Source of the DNA: an uncultured Chloroflexia bacterium
Lineage (GTDB): Bacteria > Chloroflexota > Limnocylindria > Limnocylindrales > CSP1-4
DNA: 64,000 bases
NCBI GenBank assembly: GCA_963752475.1
Contig: CAVVYR010000001.1
Location: 96,001 to 160,000, forward strand
Reading direction: 5' to 3'
In this document: positions 29,739 through 39,212 of the stretch, one piece after another
Position numbering within the stretch: position 1 is the first letter of the stretch
Layout: each line of letters starts with the position of its first letter
Translations under genes and position numbers: made by a program
Notes under the pieces: model-generated
The model's input: the letters and a program-made list of their open reading frames with translations, nothing else
Told to the model about the DNA's origin: nothing
The model's database searches: none

Positions 29739-30875
29739 TCAGATGCCGGCCGGCTCCGGGATCTTGCTCGCGAGGAAGGCCAGCGCCAGCAGCAGCGAGT
29801 TGTACGAGACGTGAGCGGCGATCGACGCGATGAGGCCGAAGCGGATGAAGACCCAGCCGAAGACGAAGCCGACGGGCAAGAGGACGGCGATCACCATCAC
29901 CGCTTGCCGCCACCCCTCCGAGAAGTCGGCCGAGACGAGCGGGACGAGGTGCAACAAGGCGAAGAAGAGCGAGCTGCGGATCAAGGCCGTGCGCGGCCCG
30001 AGGTCACGCATCCAGGCGGTCAGTACGAACCCGCGGAAGAAGATCTCCTCACCGATGGGCACGATGAGCCCGGCCGAGAGCGCCACGAAGGCTCCGTCGA
30101 TCGGCGTCTCCGAGAGTGGGAACTGGCGCGGCGCTTCGACACCCAGGAGCAACCCGACGATGCCGCCGACGACGATCAGCCCGAGCGTGACCGGCAGCAT
30201 CACCAGGATGCCGGAACCGATCGCCCGAAGGGTCTCAGGCACATCGGCGCCGCGCCACGTGGGCCAACCCATGTCCGACCAGGTCAGCGCTCCCGTGCGG
30301 ACCGCGAAGAGCGAGATCACGAGCACGTAGCCGAGCGTCTGGATGGTCGCGTTGGCGAAGAAGCCGGACGGCACGTCGGGGTCGACGCCGATGACGTTGA
30401 TGACGATGATGCCGAGCGCCGAGAGCGCCATGAAGTAGAGCCCGAAGACGAGCAGTGGTGACGGCCCGCGATAGCGCTCGGGATCGCGCGACGCGCGCTC
30501 GAGCACTTGGGATCCGGCAGCCGCCGCCAGACCCAGGGTCACGGCCGTCGCACCGAGGAAGATGAGCAGCGGACGCCAGGCGGGATCGCTGGCCATGGGC
30601 CCCAGCACGAGGGTCACCGCCAGGCCGCCGATGCTCAGGATCCAGGCCACGAGATAGAGGCCCGGGGCGCGTCGGCCCTCTAGCGAGAAGACGCCACCAC
30701 CGGGAGGCCCGTCGGGATCGGCTACCGGGGCCGGATCGCTGGCGGCGTTCGAGGGGACGACATGGTCGGTTCCGGGCTCGCCCCGCGCATCGTCAGGCTC
30801 GATCTCGTGGACAGCACCGACCTGCGGCGTGGGCTCGGGATCGGGCGACGGTCCGTCGGCTCCGGGGCCGGTCAA
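29739..30875 (-). CDS. CPBP family intramembrane glutamic endopeptidase (Abi/CAAX)
   Basis: Multiple TM helices; PIGEEIFFRG, FFALLH, SIAAHVSYN. Confidence 0.9.
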   Translation of the reverse strand: MTGPGADGPSPDPEPTPQVGAVHEIEPDDARGEPGTDHVVPSNAASDPAPVADPDGPPGGGVFSLEGRRAPGLYLVAWILSIGGLAVTLVLGPMASDPAWRPLLIFLGATAVTLGLAAAAGSQVLERASRDPERYRGPSPLLVFGLYFMALSALGIIVINVIGVDPDVPSGFFANATIQTLGYVLVISLFAVRTGALTWSDMGWPTWRGADVPETLRAIGSGILVMLPVTLGLIVVGGIVGLLLGVEAPRQFPLSETPIDGAFVALSAGLIVPIGEEIFFRGFVLTAWMRDLGPRTALIRSSLFFALLHLVPLVSADFSEGWRQAVMVIAVLLPVGFVFGWVFIRFGLIASIAAHVSYNSLLLALAFLASKIPEPAGI

Positions 30876-30890
30876 GGATGCGAGTCTGCG

Positions 30891-31676
30891 TCAGATCCCG
30901 GTCGGGGAAGACGCGCTGTCAGTGGCGGAGTTCGACGAGGAACCGGCCGCGGTCGAGCTCCGAGGCGCCGGCGAAGTGCTGCTCTGTGGCTGTGTCGGCG
31001 GGACCGGGCCGGACCCCCTGCTCGAGCTGTCGGAGCCCTCGGCCGGTTTGGCCTGAGGTGGTGGTGCGGGGCGGGCCGGCGGCGGTGGTGGTGGCGCCGC
31101 CATGCGCGGTCCGGGTGCCGGTGCACCCTGGCGCTGGGCCGGCAACGGCATCGGGCGACCCGAGGGCATGAAGGCCGTGGTACCAGGTGCCTCGGCCCGC
31201 TCGAAGTCCTTGCCGCACCAGGCGCAGAGCGTCCAGTCCAGCTCGATGAGGTGTTCGCAGTTGGGGCACACGCGGCGGAGCCGGTTGCGGCAGTTGGGAC
31301 AGATGATCCAGTCCTCGTGCACCGGACGATCGCAGTTGGCGCACTGGGCGTGCGTGGCCACCTCGGCCAGCATCGCCTCCTCCGCCAGGACCCGCTCGTT
31401 GACCTCGGCGATGGTCTCCTTGGGCCGGATGATGCGGTAGAGCAGCAATCCGAAGAGGAAGAAGATGGGGGTGAAGAGGATGATCGCCAGGGCCGCCACG
31501 TAGGGCGTGACCGCACTCGCGGTGCGCAGCCGCATGTCGCGATAGGCCCAGAAGGCGCTGGCCAGCCAGATGAGCACGATGTACGAAGCGATGACGTAGA
31601 TCGCGGCCTGGAAGGCATCGCTTTCGACCACATCGGTGAACGTGGTCTCTAGCGTCCCGAACAGATCTTCAAACAT
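30891..31676 (-). CDS. Membrane protein with double zinc ribbon and Pro-rich tail
   Basis: Two TM helices (WAYRD...IIRP), then four CxxC pairs: CANC, CPNC, CPNC, CAWCG. Confidence 0.85.
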   Translation of the reverse strand: MFEDLFGTLETTFTDVVESDAFQAAIYVIASYIVLIWLASAFWAYRDMRLRTASAVTPYVAALAIILFTPIFFLFGLLLYRIIRPKETIAEVNERVLAEEAMLAEVATHAQCANCDRPVHEDWIICPNCRNRLRRVCPNCEHLIELDWTLCAWCGKDFERAEAPGTTAFMPSGRPMPLPAQRQGAPAPGPRMAAPPPPPPARPAPPPQAKPAEGSDSSSRGSGPVPPTQPQSSTSPAPRSSTAAGSSSNSATDSASSPTGI

Positions 31677-31781
31677 GAACGACTGGTCTCAACCTCTGCG
31701 GAGATGTGACGGCACCCCTCTGCCGTCCACGGCGGCCCGAGTGTAGCAGCGGTCCGGGGTATGGACCCTCAGCACGACGGT

Positions 31782-32264
31782 TCAGTCGAGGCGTCCGGGT
31801 GCACCAGCGACATCGATGGCACGTCGGAACGCGCGCATCATCTCGGCCACCAGCTCGTTGTCCCGCATCGTCGAGCGGCGGACGGGGTCCCAGCGCACGG
31901 CGGTCAGGATCATCAGCGGCCGGGCCCACGGATCGGCCTCGTCATCGGCCTCGGCCATGCGCATGCGGATGAGCTGCCGACCGCCCTCCTGGTCCAGCAG
32001 GCCCATGAGCGAGTTGGCCAGCGTGGGCCCCAGGACCTGCAACGGCGGCGCCGGCGGTGGACCACCGGCAGGAGCCACCGTGCGGCACTCGAGCACGCCG
32101 TCCTCGTCTTCCACCCAGAGCGTGAAGACCCACCATTCGTCGACCATCACGTTGGGCTTGGTCATGCCCAGACGCACGCGCGGCCCGAGGCTACCGCCGG
32201 GTCCCTTGAGCCGGATAGGCTCGGCGCGCGCGAACGACGGCCCCGGCGAGGGCATCCGGGTCAT
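31782..32264 (-). CDS. Hypothetical protein
   Basis: 160-aa ORF directly downstream of guaA on the same strand, with protein-like composition. Confidence 0.7.
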   Translation of the reverse strand: MTRMPSPGPSFARAEPIRLKGPGGSLGPRVRLGMTKPNVMVDEWWVFTLWVEDEDGVLECRTVAPAGGPPPAPPLQVLGPTLANSLMGLLDQEGGRQLIRMRMAEADDEADPWARPLMILTAVRWDPVRRSTMRDNELVAEMMRAFRRAIDVAGAPGRLD

Positions 32265-32271
32265 GCGAGGT

Positions 32272-34077
32272 CTACTCCCACTCGATGGTCGCGGGCGGCT
32301 TGCTGCTGATGTCGTAGACCACGCGGTTGACGCCGGGCACCTCGTTGACGATGCGGGCGCTGATCTTGCCCAGGACGTCGTAGGGCAGCTTGGCCCAGTC
32401 GGCGGTCATGCCGTCCTCGCTGGTGACCGCACGGATGGCCACGACGTTGGCGTAGGTCCGGCCGTCGCCCATGACGCCGACCGAGCGGACGGGCGTGAGG
32501 ATGGCGAACGACTGCCACACGCTGCGATAGAGCCCGGCGGCCTTGATCTCGTCGATGACGATCCAGTCAGCCTCGCGCAGCGTGTCGAGCCGCTCCCTGG
32601 TGACCTCGCCGATGATGCGAATGGCCAGGCCGGGGCCCGGGAACGGCTGGCGCATGACCATCTGCTCAGGCAGGCCCATGGTCAGGCCCACCTTGCGCAC
32701 CTCGTCCTTGAAGAGGTAGCGCAGGGGCTCGATGAGCTGGAAGCGCAGGTCCGACGGCAGGCCGCCGACGTTGTGGTGCGTCTTGATCTTCTGCGCGGCC
32801 TTCGTCTCCGGCGCCGTCGACTCGATGACGTCGGGGTAGAGCGTGCCCTGCGTCAGGAAGTCGATCGCCCCCAGCTTGGCCGCCTCCTCCTCGAAGACCC
32901 GGATGAACTCGTCGCCGATGATGCGGCGCTTCTTCTCCGGGTCCTCGACGCCCTTGAGTCGCTCCAGGAAGCGCTCGCGCGCATCGACCATCACGAGGTT
33001 CATACCCAGATTGGCCTCGAACGTCTCGCGCAGCAGCTCCGACTCGCGCTTGCGCATGAGCCCGTGGTCGACGTAGATGCAGGTCAGGCGATCGCCCACC
33101 GCTCGATGTACGAGCGCGGCCGCGACCGAGGAGTCCACACCGCCGGACAGGCCGCAGATGACCTTGCCCTCTTCACTCGTGGCCGCGGCGTGCTCGTCGA
33201 CACGCTCGCGGATGCGCTCGACGGTCGACTCGATGAAGTTGGCGCTGGTCCAGTTCGACTCGGCTCCTGCGACACCGTGGACGAAGTTGGCCAACACGTC
33301 CACCCCCCGAGGCGTATGCACGACCTCGGGGTGGAACTGGATGCCGTAGAGGTTGCGCGCGGGGTCGGCCAGTCCTGCGTAGGGCGTGGAATCGGTCTGA
33401 GCGGTGCTGGCGAAGCCTTGTGGCAGGCGGGTGATGGAGTCACCGTGGCTCATCCACACCGGCTGCTCCGTGCCCAGGTCGGTGAGCAGCTTGTCGTTCT
33501 CGTCGGTGATGGTGACCGAGGCCGGGCCGTACTCTCGCTGGTCGCTGGGGAGGACATCGCCGCCGAGCTCCACGGCCATCAGCTGAGCGCCGTAGCAGAT
33601 ACCCAGGACGGGGATGCGGCCGGACCAGATGGCCGGGTCGGGGCGGGGTGCGCCCTCGTCGTAGACGGACATCGGGCCGCCGCTGAGGATCACGCCCTTG
33701 ACCTCTCGGCGCTCGAGCTCCTCGAGCGGGGTGTCGAACGGCAGCAGCTCGGCGTAGACATCGAGCTCACGTACGCGGCGGGCGATGAGTTGGGCGAACT
33801 GGCTGCCGAAGTCGAGCACGACGACGCTGTCGGGTGGCTCAGGCGGGCGGCTGATGGTGGGGCGATCGTCCTCCGGCGGACGATCGGGGGCAGGCGCGTC
33901 GAGCGCGACCTCGAGGTACGCCTCGACCTCCGCGTCGTCGGACGTGAGCACACGGTGTCCGGCGTTGGCTTCCTCGCCATGGACGGTCTTGCCGCGTTCC
34001 TTCCGCGGCTCTTCGGCCTCGTCCTGATCGGGCGCCGCGCCGCCCTCGATCACGTCCTTCTCAGCCGCCTCTGTCAA
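32272..34077 (-). CDS. guaA: GMP synthase (glutamine-hydrolysing)
   Basis: [61 protein letters not shown]. Start estimated at TTG 34077 (GAGGGG upstream). Confidence 0.97.
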   Translation of the reverse strand: MTEAAEKDVIEGGAAPDQDEAEEPRKERGKTVHGEEANAGHRVLTSDDAEVEAYLEVALDAPAPDRPPEDDRPTISRPPEPPDSVVVLDFGSQFAQLIARRVRELDVYAELLPFDTPLEELERREVKGVILSGGPMSVYDEGAPRPDPAIWSGRIPVLGICYGAQLMAVELGGDVLPSDQREYGPASVTITDENDKLLTDLGTEQPVWMSHGDSITRLPQGFASTAQTDSTPYAGLADPARNLYGIQFHPEVVHTPRGVDVLANFVHGVAGAESNWTSANFIESTVERIRERVDEHAAATSEEGKVICGLSGGVDSSVAAALVHRAVGDRLTCIYVDHGLMRKRESELLRETFEANLGMNLVMVDARERFLERLKGVEDPEKKRRIIGDEFIRVFEEEAAKLGAIDFLTQGTLYPDVIESTAPETKAAQKIKTHHNVGGLPSDLRFQLIEPLRYLFKDEVRKVGLTMGLPEQMVMRQPFPGPGLAIRIIGEVTRERLDTLREADWIVIDEIKAAGLYRSVWQSFAILTPVRSVGVMGDGRTYANVVAIRAVTSEDGMTADWAKLPYDVLGKISARIVNEVPGVNRVVYDISSKPPATIEWE

Positions 34078-34270
34078 TGCGCTACCCCTCGCCTGCTGCA
34101 CCACTCCCGCCGATGCTCCCGAGTCTATCGGGTTGTGAGGCCCCGGTCGGCAGACCATCTCGGCGCGCTGGAGATGCGAATCAGATGCGAGGCAGCCTGG
34201 TGATGCGCTTGAGGTCTCGGCTAAGGCGACACCCCATGACCGAAGGTGCGCTTAGGTCGACGGTAGGCGC

Positions 34271-35179
34271 ATGGTCTTTGAGGAGCTCACGAGCGATCCC
34301 CTGTTCTTCTACACCATCGCCGCGGCCCTGACGGTAGTGCTCACGATGGTGCTACTGGCGCTGCTGCGCATCCCTGGTGCGTGGGTCCCGCTGCGCACAT
34401 GGTTCGTGATCCTGCCGGTGGCGCTGGCCGCGATGTGGCTCGGCCACGGCGCCTGGGCGGTCTTCGTCACGCTCGTCTCGATCGCCGGCTTCAAGGAGTT
34501 CGCGCGCGTGACGGGACTCTATCGACACGTGCTCTTCGTCCTCGTCGTCTACGGCGCCATCGTGGCTGAGAACGTCTTCGCCTTCGTCGGCTACTACGAC
34601 TGGTTCATGGCCACACCGACGTGGGCCATCCTCTCGCTTGCTCTCGTTCCCATCTTGCTCAGACGCACCGAGGGCATGCTGCAGTGGTTCGCGTTGGCCA
34701 TCGTGGGCGTCGTCTTCTACGGCTACTTCCTCGCTCACCTCACCTACCTCTACAGCTCACCCGCTGGCTTGGGCTACCTCCTGTTCGTGGTGCTGATGAC
34801 GCAGCTCAATGACGCACTTCAGTACCTCTTCGGCAAGGCCGCAGGGCGCCGTCGATGGACGCCCATCAGCCCCAACAAGACGGTCGAAGGGTCGCTCTTG
34901 GCAGGCGTCACGATCATCGGGCTGACGTTTCTGCAGGCACCGGTCGTGTTTCCTGACCTGCCCTGGCCAGGCGTGTTCCTCGCCGGCCTCGTCATCACCG
35001 TCGGTGGTCAGATCGGCGACCTGACCATGGCCAACGTGAAGCGCAATGCCGACGTCAAGGACTTCGGCACGATCCTGCCCGGACACGGCGGCTTCACCGA
35101 CCGCCTCAACTCATCGATGATCACCGCGCCCGCCTTCGCTCACATCATGGGCTACCTCTACGGGGGCTTCCCGTCATGA
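34271..35179 (+). CDS. Phosphatidate cytidylyltransferase (YnbB/CdsA family)
   Basis: Polytopic; NDALQYLFGK, ISPNKTVEG, GDLTMANVKR..VKDFG.ILPGHGG. Confidence 0.9.
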   Translation: MVFEELTSDPLFFYTIAAALTVVLTMVLLALLRIPGAWVPLRTWFVILPVALAAMWLGHGAWAVFVTLVSIAGFKEFARVTGLYRHVLFVLVVYGAIVAENVFAFVGYYDWFMATPTWAILSLALVPILLRRTEGMLQWFALAIVGVVFYGYFLAHLTYLYSSPAGLGYLLFVVLMTQLNDALQYLFGKAAGRRRWTPISPNKTVEGSLLAGVTIIGLTFLQAPVVFPDLPWPGVFLAGLVITVGGQIGDLTMANVKRNADVKDFGTILPGHGGFTDRLNSSMITAPAFAHIMGYLYGGFPS

Positions 35180-35880
35180 CGCGAACGCCCTGGTCGGAGC
35201 CTTGGTTTCACTACGAACCGCTGCCGGATCTTGACCTGCCCTTGGCCGCTCGGCTGGGCCAGTACCCGCGCCAACCCGACCTGCTCCTCGACGTCAGCCG
35301 GGTGCTGGCGCGCACGCTCGCGGCCGGAGTCTTCCGATCGCTGTACCGGCTCAAGGTCGTGGGCGAGCCGCCGAACCACCCACGGGTGGCGATCATGGCC
35401 AACCACCAGAGCCACCTCGATACTCCCGCCATCCTCACCGCTCTGCCCGAGCACTACCGCCGCCGCGTCACCGTACTGGCCGCTCGCGACTACTTCTTCG
35501 AGCACGCCAGCCGCGCCTTGGTGGCCAACCTCCTCAGCCAGGCGGTGGCCTTCGACCGCGGTTCCGAGGTGGCTGAACTACACCGCTGGGCGAACCTGCT
35601 GCGGCACATCGACGCCGGCTGGTTCCTGCTCTTCCCCAGCGGCAGTCGCAAGCGCGTCGAGCCTCACGCAGGCCTGGCCGGTGTGCTTGTGCGGAGCGGC
35701 TGGACAGTGGTGCCGGCGGCGATCTTGGGCACGCGCGAGGCCTGGCCTGTCGGCTGTCGCCTGCCGCGCCCCTTCCGTGAGATCCGAGTCACGTTCGGCG
35801 CACCCATCGCCGAGCCCGACCTTCGCAGCCTGCCGCCACGGCTGATGGCGTTCTGGGAGCAGCACGGAGGGCTCAGGTAA
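35176..35880 (+). CDS. Lysophospholipid acyltransferase (PlsC family)
   Basis: ANHQSHLD (HX4D), AARDYFF, LFPSGSR, VVPAAI.G. Confidence 0.85.
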   Translation: MTRTPWSEPWFHYEPLPDLDLPLAARLGQYPRQPDLLLDVSRVLARTLAAGVFRSLYRLKVVGEPPNHPRVAIMANHQSHLDTPAILTALPEHYRRRVTVLAARDYFFEHASRALVANLLSQAVAFDRGSEVAELHRWANLLRHIDAGWFLLFPSGSRKRVEPHAGLAGVLVRSGWTVVPAAILGTREAWPVGCRLPRPFREIRVTFGAPIAEPDLRSLPPRLMAFWEQHGGLR

Positions 35881-35897
35881 ACCAATGGAGGACGGAG

Positions 35898-36509
35898 ATG
35901 AGTCCCGATATCGGTTTGTACCGATCCAAGTACGCCGTACGCGGCTGGCTCGACCGTATCCCTGGCGTCGAGCGCCTCCAGCCCAACCATGTCTCGATGG
36001 CCTCGCTGGCGCCGTCCGCCCTGGCCGCAGTCGCCCTCTGGTTCGGCTGGTGGCCACTGGTGGTCGCCGGCATCGCCGGGCGCATGGCCCTGACCGTGCT
36101 GGATGGCCTGCTGGCCGAGGCCTACGACAAGAAGAGTCGCATCGGCCCCTACCTCAACCGGCTGCCCCAGGAGATGGGCGACATCGTGCTGTTCCTGGCG
36201 CTGATCCCCTGGGCCGACGTCCGCTGGGTGGCACTCCTACTGGGCGCGGCCTGGTTGGTCAACGTGCTGGCCGTGCTCCCCGCGATCGCCGGTGGCGGAC
36301 CACAGCCGGTCGGTCCCGCCGGCCAGCCGGACCGCATCGCCATCGTGTTGGTGGCAGCGGCGATCCACACCTATGTGGCCTTCGACTGGACGTGGGTCTG
36401 CGTCCTGATCGTGGCCCTCTCGATCCCCACCGTTGTCCTGCGCATCGCGCGCACGGTACGCGAGCTGGGGCCCGCCCAGGGCGCGGCGCTGAACGCCGAC
36501 GACGCATGA
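35898..36509 (+). CDS. CDP-alcohol phosphatidyltransferase family protein (YnbA-like)
   Basis: LYRSK N-terminus, PNHVS, RMALTVLDGLLA....SRIG, GPAGQPDR, all resembling the YnbA pattern. Confidence 0.8.
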   Translation: MSPDIGLYRSKYAVRGWLDRIPGVERLQPNHVSMASLAPSALAAVALWFGWWPLVVAGIAGRMALTVLDGLLAEAYDKKSRIGPYLNRLPQEMGDIVLFLALIPWADVRWVALLLGAAWLVNVLAVLPAIAGGGPQPVGPAGQPDRIAIVLVAAAIHTYVAFDWTWVCVLIVALSIPTVVLRIARTVRELGPAQGAALNADDA

Positions 36510-36520
36510 GGAGATGAACG

Positions 36521-37300
36521 ATGGATCTCTACCACCCCACCCTGCGCCTCGCGATGCGCAGCTACGGCCAGCTCTCCAAGGGCGTCCGGCTGGGCTACCG
36601 CGAGGGCTTCAACTCAGGTTCGATGCTTGACTATGTCTACGCCAACGAAGCTCACGGCGTCACACCGCTCGGCCGGCTCATCGACCGGGTCATGCTCGAC
36701 TACCCCGGCTGGAAGGCGGTGCGGGAGCGGCGGCGTCTACTCGTCGGTCAGCTACGTACGGCGGTCACACGGCAGCCGGGCCAACGACTGCTGGACGTCG
36801 CTGCCGGACCAGGTTCGTACCTCTTCGAGCTGCCCGCCGGTGCGGCTGACTACTACGCGGTCGACATCGATGCGGACGAGCGACTGGCGGGCGCCGCCCG
36901 CGCCCAGGCCGAGGGTCGGGACGACATCCACTTCGTGGCCGGCGACGCCTTCGATGTCTCGACCTGGCCCGAGACCCCGTTCGACATCATCGTGGCCTCA
37001 GGCTTCTTCGACCTGCTGGTCGAGGTCGCCGAAGTACGCCGCCTGCTGGCTGCGGGCACGGCGGGTGCACGTCGCGGGACCCTCTGGGTGCTGACGGTGA
37101 TGGAGAGACATCCTGACCTGCAGATGCTCAGCGACGTGCTTGTGGACTGGGATGGCGAACCCTGGCAGGCCGTGACCCGCAGCGCCGACGAGGTCATCGC
37201 GGAGGCCGAGCTTCTGGGTTGGGAGGCTAGACGGGTCCAGCGTGAACCGCGCGGCCAGTACGGCGTCGTCACGCTCCAACGGATCGGTGAGGAGGAATGA
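36521..37300 (+). CDS. Class I SAM-dependent methyltransferase (like the YnbC C-terminal domain)
   Basis: LSKGVRLGYREGFNSGSMLDYVYAN, LGRLID, LLDVAAGPGSY, GDAFD, ASGFFD, HPDLQM; GAGGAG RBS. Confidence 0.85.
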   Translation: MDLYHPTLRLAMRSYGQLSKGVRLGYREGFNSGSMLDYVYANEAHGVTPLGRLIDRVMLDYPGWKAVRERRRLLVGQLRTAVTRQPGQRLLDVAAGPGSYLFELPAGAADYYAVDIDADERLAGAARAQAEGRDDIHFVAGDAFDVSTWPETPFDIIVASGFFDLLVEVAEVRRLLAAGTAGARRGTLWVLTVMERHPDLQMLSDVLVDWDGEPWQAVTRSADEVIAEAELLGWEARRVQREPRGQYGVVTLQRIGEEE

Positions 37301-37301
37301 G

Positions 37302-37955
37302 ATGCCGTGCGCCTGGATCACCGGTGCGAGCGGAGCCTGGGGCCACGCCTTCGCCTGGGCACTACTGGAGGATGGCTATGACGTGATCGCGCTGGGTCGG
37401 CACGACACACCAGACCTTGCCGAGCGAGCTGCGGCACTGGGGCGCGGGTGGACATCTCACCGCTTCGACCTGGCCACGCGCCGGGCCCCTTTGCCCGAAG
37501 GTGTGCCTGATCTGCTCATCCACGCCGCGGTCTCGATCGAAGGCGGACGAGAAGCACTGGCCCAGGCCGACTACCTCGCGCCGGTCGACCTCATCGAGTC
37601 GATCGCGCGCGGGATGCTCCGCCGCGGCTCGGGGCGCATCGGGGTGCTGGTGCCCCAGAACGCACGGCTCGGCCTCGCCGGACTGGGCGACTTCTCAGCT
37701 GCGCAGGCCGCGTTGTGGACCTGGTCCGAGGCACTCCGCGACGACCTGGCCAAGGACCCACGGGAGGTGACCCTCACGCTCGTCATCCCGGGCCGGACCT
37801 CGTCGTCGACACAGCGCTTCGTGTCGGAGCGAAGCGGGCACGGCGCACGGCTGTCGACGACCGATGCGACGCCGCTGTTGCGCTCGATCTTGGCCGGCGA
37901 CAGGCGCGCCGGCCGGCGGCCATGGCTCGCGGCGATGGCGATGCTCTTCCGGTAG
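37302..37955 (+). CDS. SDR-fold protein with degenerate catalytic motif
   Basis: WITGASGAWG Rossmann motif; FSAAQAA at the YxxxK position; GAGGAGG RBS before ATG 37302. Confidence 0.78.
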   Translation: MPCAWITGASGAWGHAFAWALLEDGYDVIALGRHDTPDLAERAAALGRGWTSHRFDLATRRAPLPEGVPDLLIHAAVSIEGGREALAQADYLAPVDLIESIARGMLRRGSGRIGVLVPQNARLGLAGLGDFSAAQAALWTWSEALRDDLAKDPREVTLTLVIPGRTSSSTQRFVSERSGHGARLSTTDATPLLRSILAGDRRAGRRPWLAAMAMLFR

Positions 37956-37974
37956 GCGGTGAGCGCACGGGCCC

Positions 37975-39090
37975 TCACTCGCCCGACGGCAGCATCCAGA
38001 CCTCGCTGGGACGGTCCTCGTGCCAGGCGATCATGGCCGTGGTCGCATCGTTGGCCGCGATGGCCTGGGGGATGGTGTCATGGAGTGGGCCGGGAACGCC
38101 GTCTTCGACGCCCAGCGCCTGCCACTCGAGCCCATCAGTGGAGGTGAGGATCGCGGCCGAGGGGCAGTAGCGCGTGGCCTGCATCGGGCAGCTGCTGGTG
38201 CTGCCGCCGGCGACGAAGCCGGGCCCACCGACGGCCACGAGGTCGATGCGCTCCTCGGTCTCCTTGCTCGACGTGACGTCGTAGACGCGCTCCCAAGTGC
38301 CAAGCTCGGAGGCGTGCCAGATGGCCGGCAGGAACGTCTCGGTGTCAGCACCGACGCCCACGTACGTGCCGTCCTCACCGATGGCGAGGTCGTGGAGGTT
38401 GCCGCCCTCCGGCCCCTCGAATGACTCCCACGTGACCGCGTCGGGCGAGCGCCAGTAGAGGTCCACGCCGGGCGTGAACAGTGGCCGCGCCACCGCGAAG
38501 TACTCGTCGTCGGTGGCCTCGAGCGAGACGAACATGCCCGGAGCCGTGTCGGACGGCGGCTCGATCTCCTGCCACGTCCGTCCGTCTTCGGAGCTGTAGA
38601 AGCGCTGTCCCGCGAGATCCTGGGCGACCATGCTGGCGACCGCGATGAGCCCAGCCGGGCCGTCGGTCACCGCGTCCGCGAAGAGCTCCATGCCCTTTTC
38701 GACTCGGTCGATGGTCGTCTTCGTCCACGTCGCCCCATCGGGTGAGTGCAAGCCGACGAGCTTCCGTCCCTGGGTGCCGAGCGCCACGATGCCATCGTCG
38801 AACGTGGCCACGCGCCGCAATGCCACGCCATCGAAGACCTGGTCATCGGCGACGCGAGACCAGGTCGTGCCGTCGTCAGAGAGCCAGGCCTTGCCCTGAC
38901 GCTCCCTGAGTGGCCCGCCGACGAGGACGAAGCCATCACCGAAGGCGGCCACGTCGACGGCATCGCGCTTCACCGAAGAGCGCCAGGTGGACGCCGGATC
39001 GGTGGGTGTCTCCTCCTGGGCCATGGCGGCCGCCGGCAAGCCGGCGAGCAGGAGTGTGGACAGGAAGGAAGCAGTCAGTCGCCGTGACAC
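37975..39090 (-). CDS. Secreted beta-propeller-like protein with Asp-box-like repeats
   Basis: Signal peptide ending AMA-QE; repeats SDDGTTW, SPDGATW, SEDGRTW, SPDAVTW, STDGLEW. Confidence 0.78.
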   Translation of the reverse strand: MSRRLTASFLSTLLLAGLPAAAMAQEETPTDPASTWRSSVKRDAVDVAAFGDGFVLVGGPLRERQGKAWLSDDGTTWSRVADDQVFDGVALRRVATFDDGIVALGTQGRKLVGLHSPDGATWTKTTIDRVEKGMELFADAVTDGPAGLIAVASMVAQDLAGQRFYSSEDGRTWQEIEPPSDTAPGMFVSLEATDDEYFAVARPLFTPGVDLYWRSPDAVTWESFEGPEGGNLHDLAIGEDGTYVGVGADTETFLPAIWHASELGTWERVYDVTSSKETEERIDLVAVGGPGFVAGGSTSSCPMQATRYCPSAAILTSTDGLEWQALGVEDGVPGPLHDTIPQAIAANDATTAMIAWHEDRPSEVWMLPSGE

Positions 39091-39212
39091 AGGGATCCTC
39101 CGAATAGCCCGTTCGCCGTGAGCCCCCCTCGGGCATGACCGCGTGATGCTGCGCCATCGTGGGCGCTGGGGTCAACCAAGGTCGGGTAGCAGATCGGCAA
39201 CGGACCGCGCGC

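Noticed and set aside
31816-34203. Long antisense ORFs (also 6463-7758, 26926-28674, 45821-47245, 52006-53736, 57672-59690)
   Set aside because: They are shadow frames opposite well-supported genes, as expected in high-GC DNA, and carry no recognisable motifs.
34078-34270. Purine riboswitch upstream of guaA
   Set aside because: No purine-riboswitch core (UAUAAU...UUCUACC...GACUA) is visible, and the leader after the TAGACT box is short.
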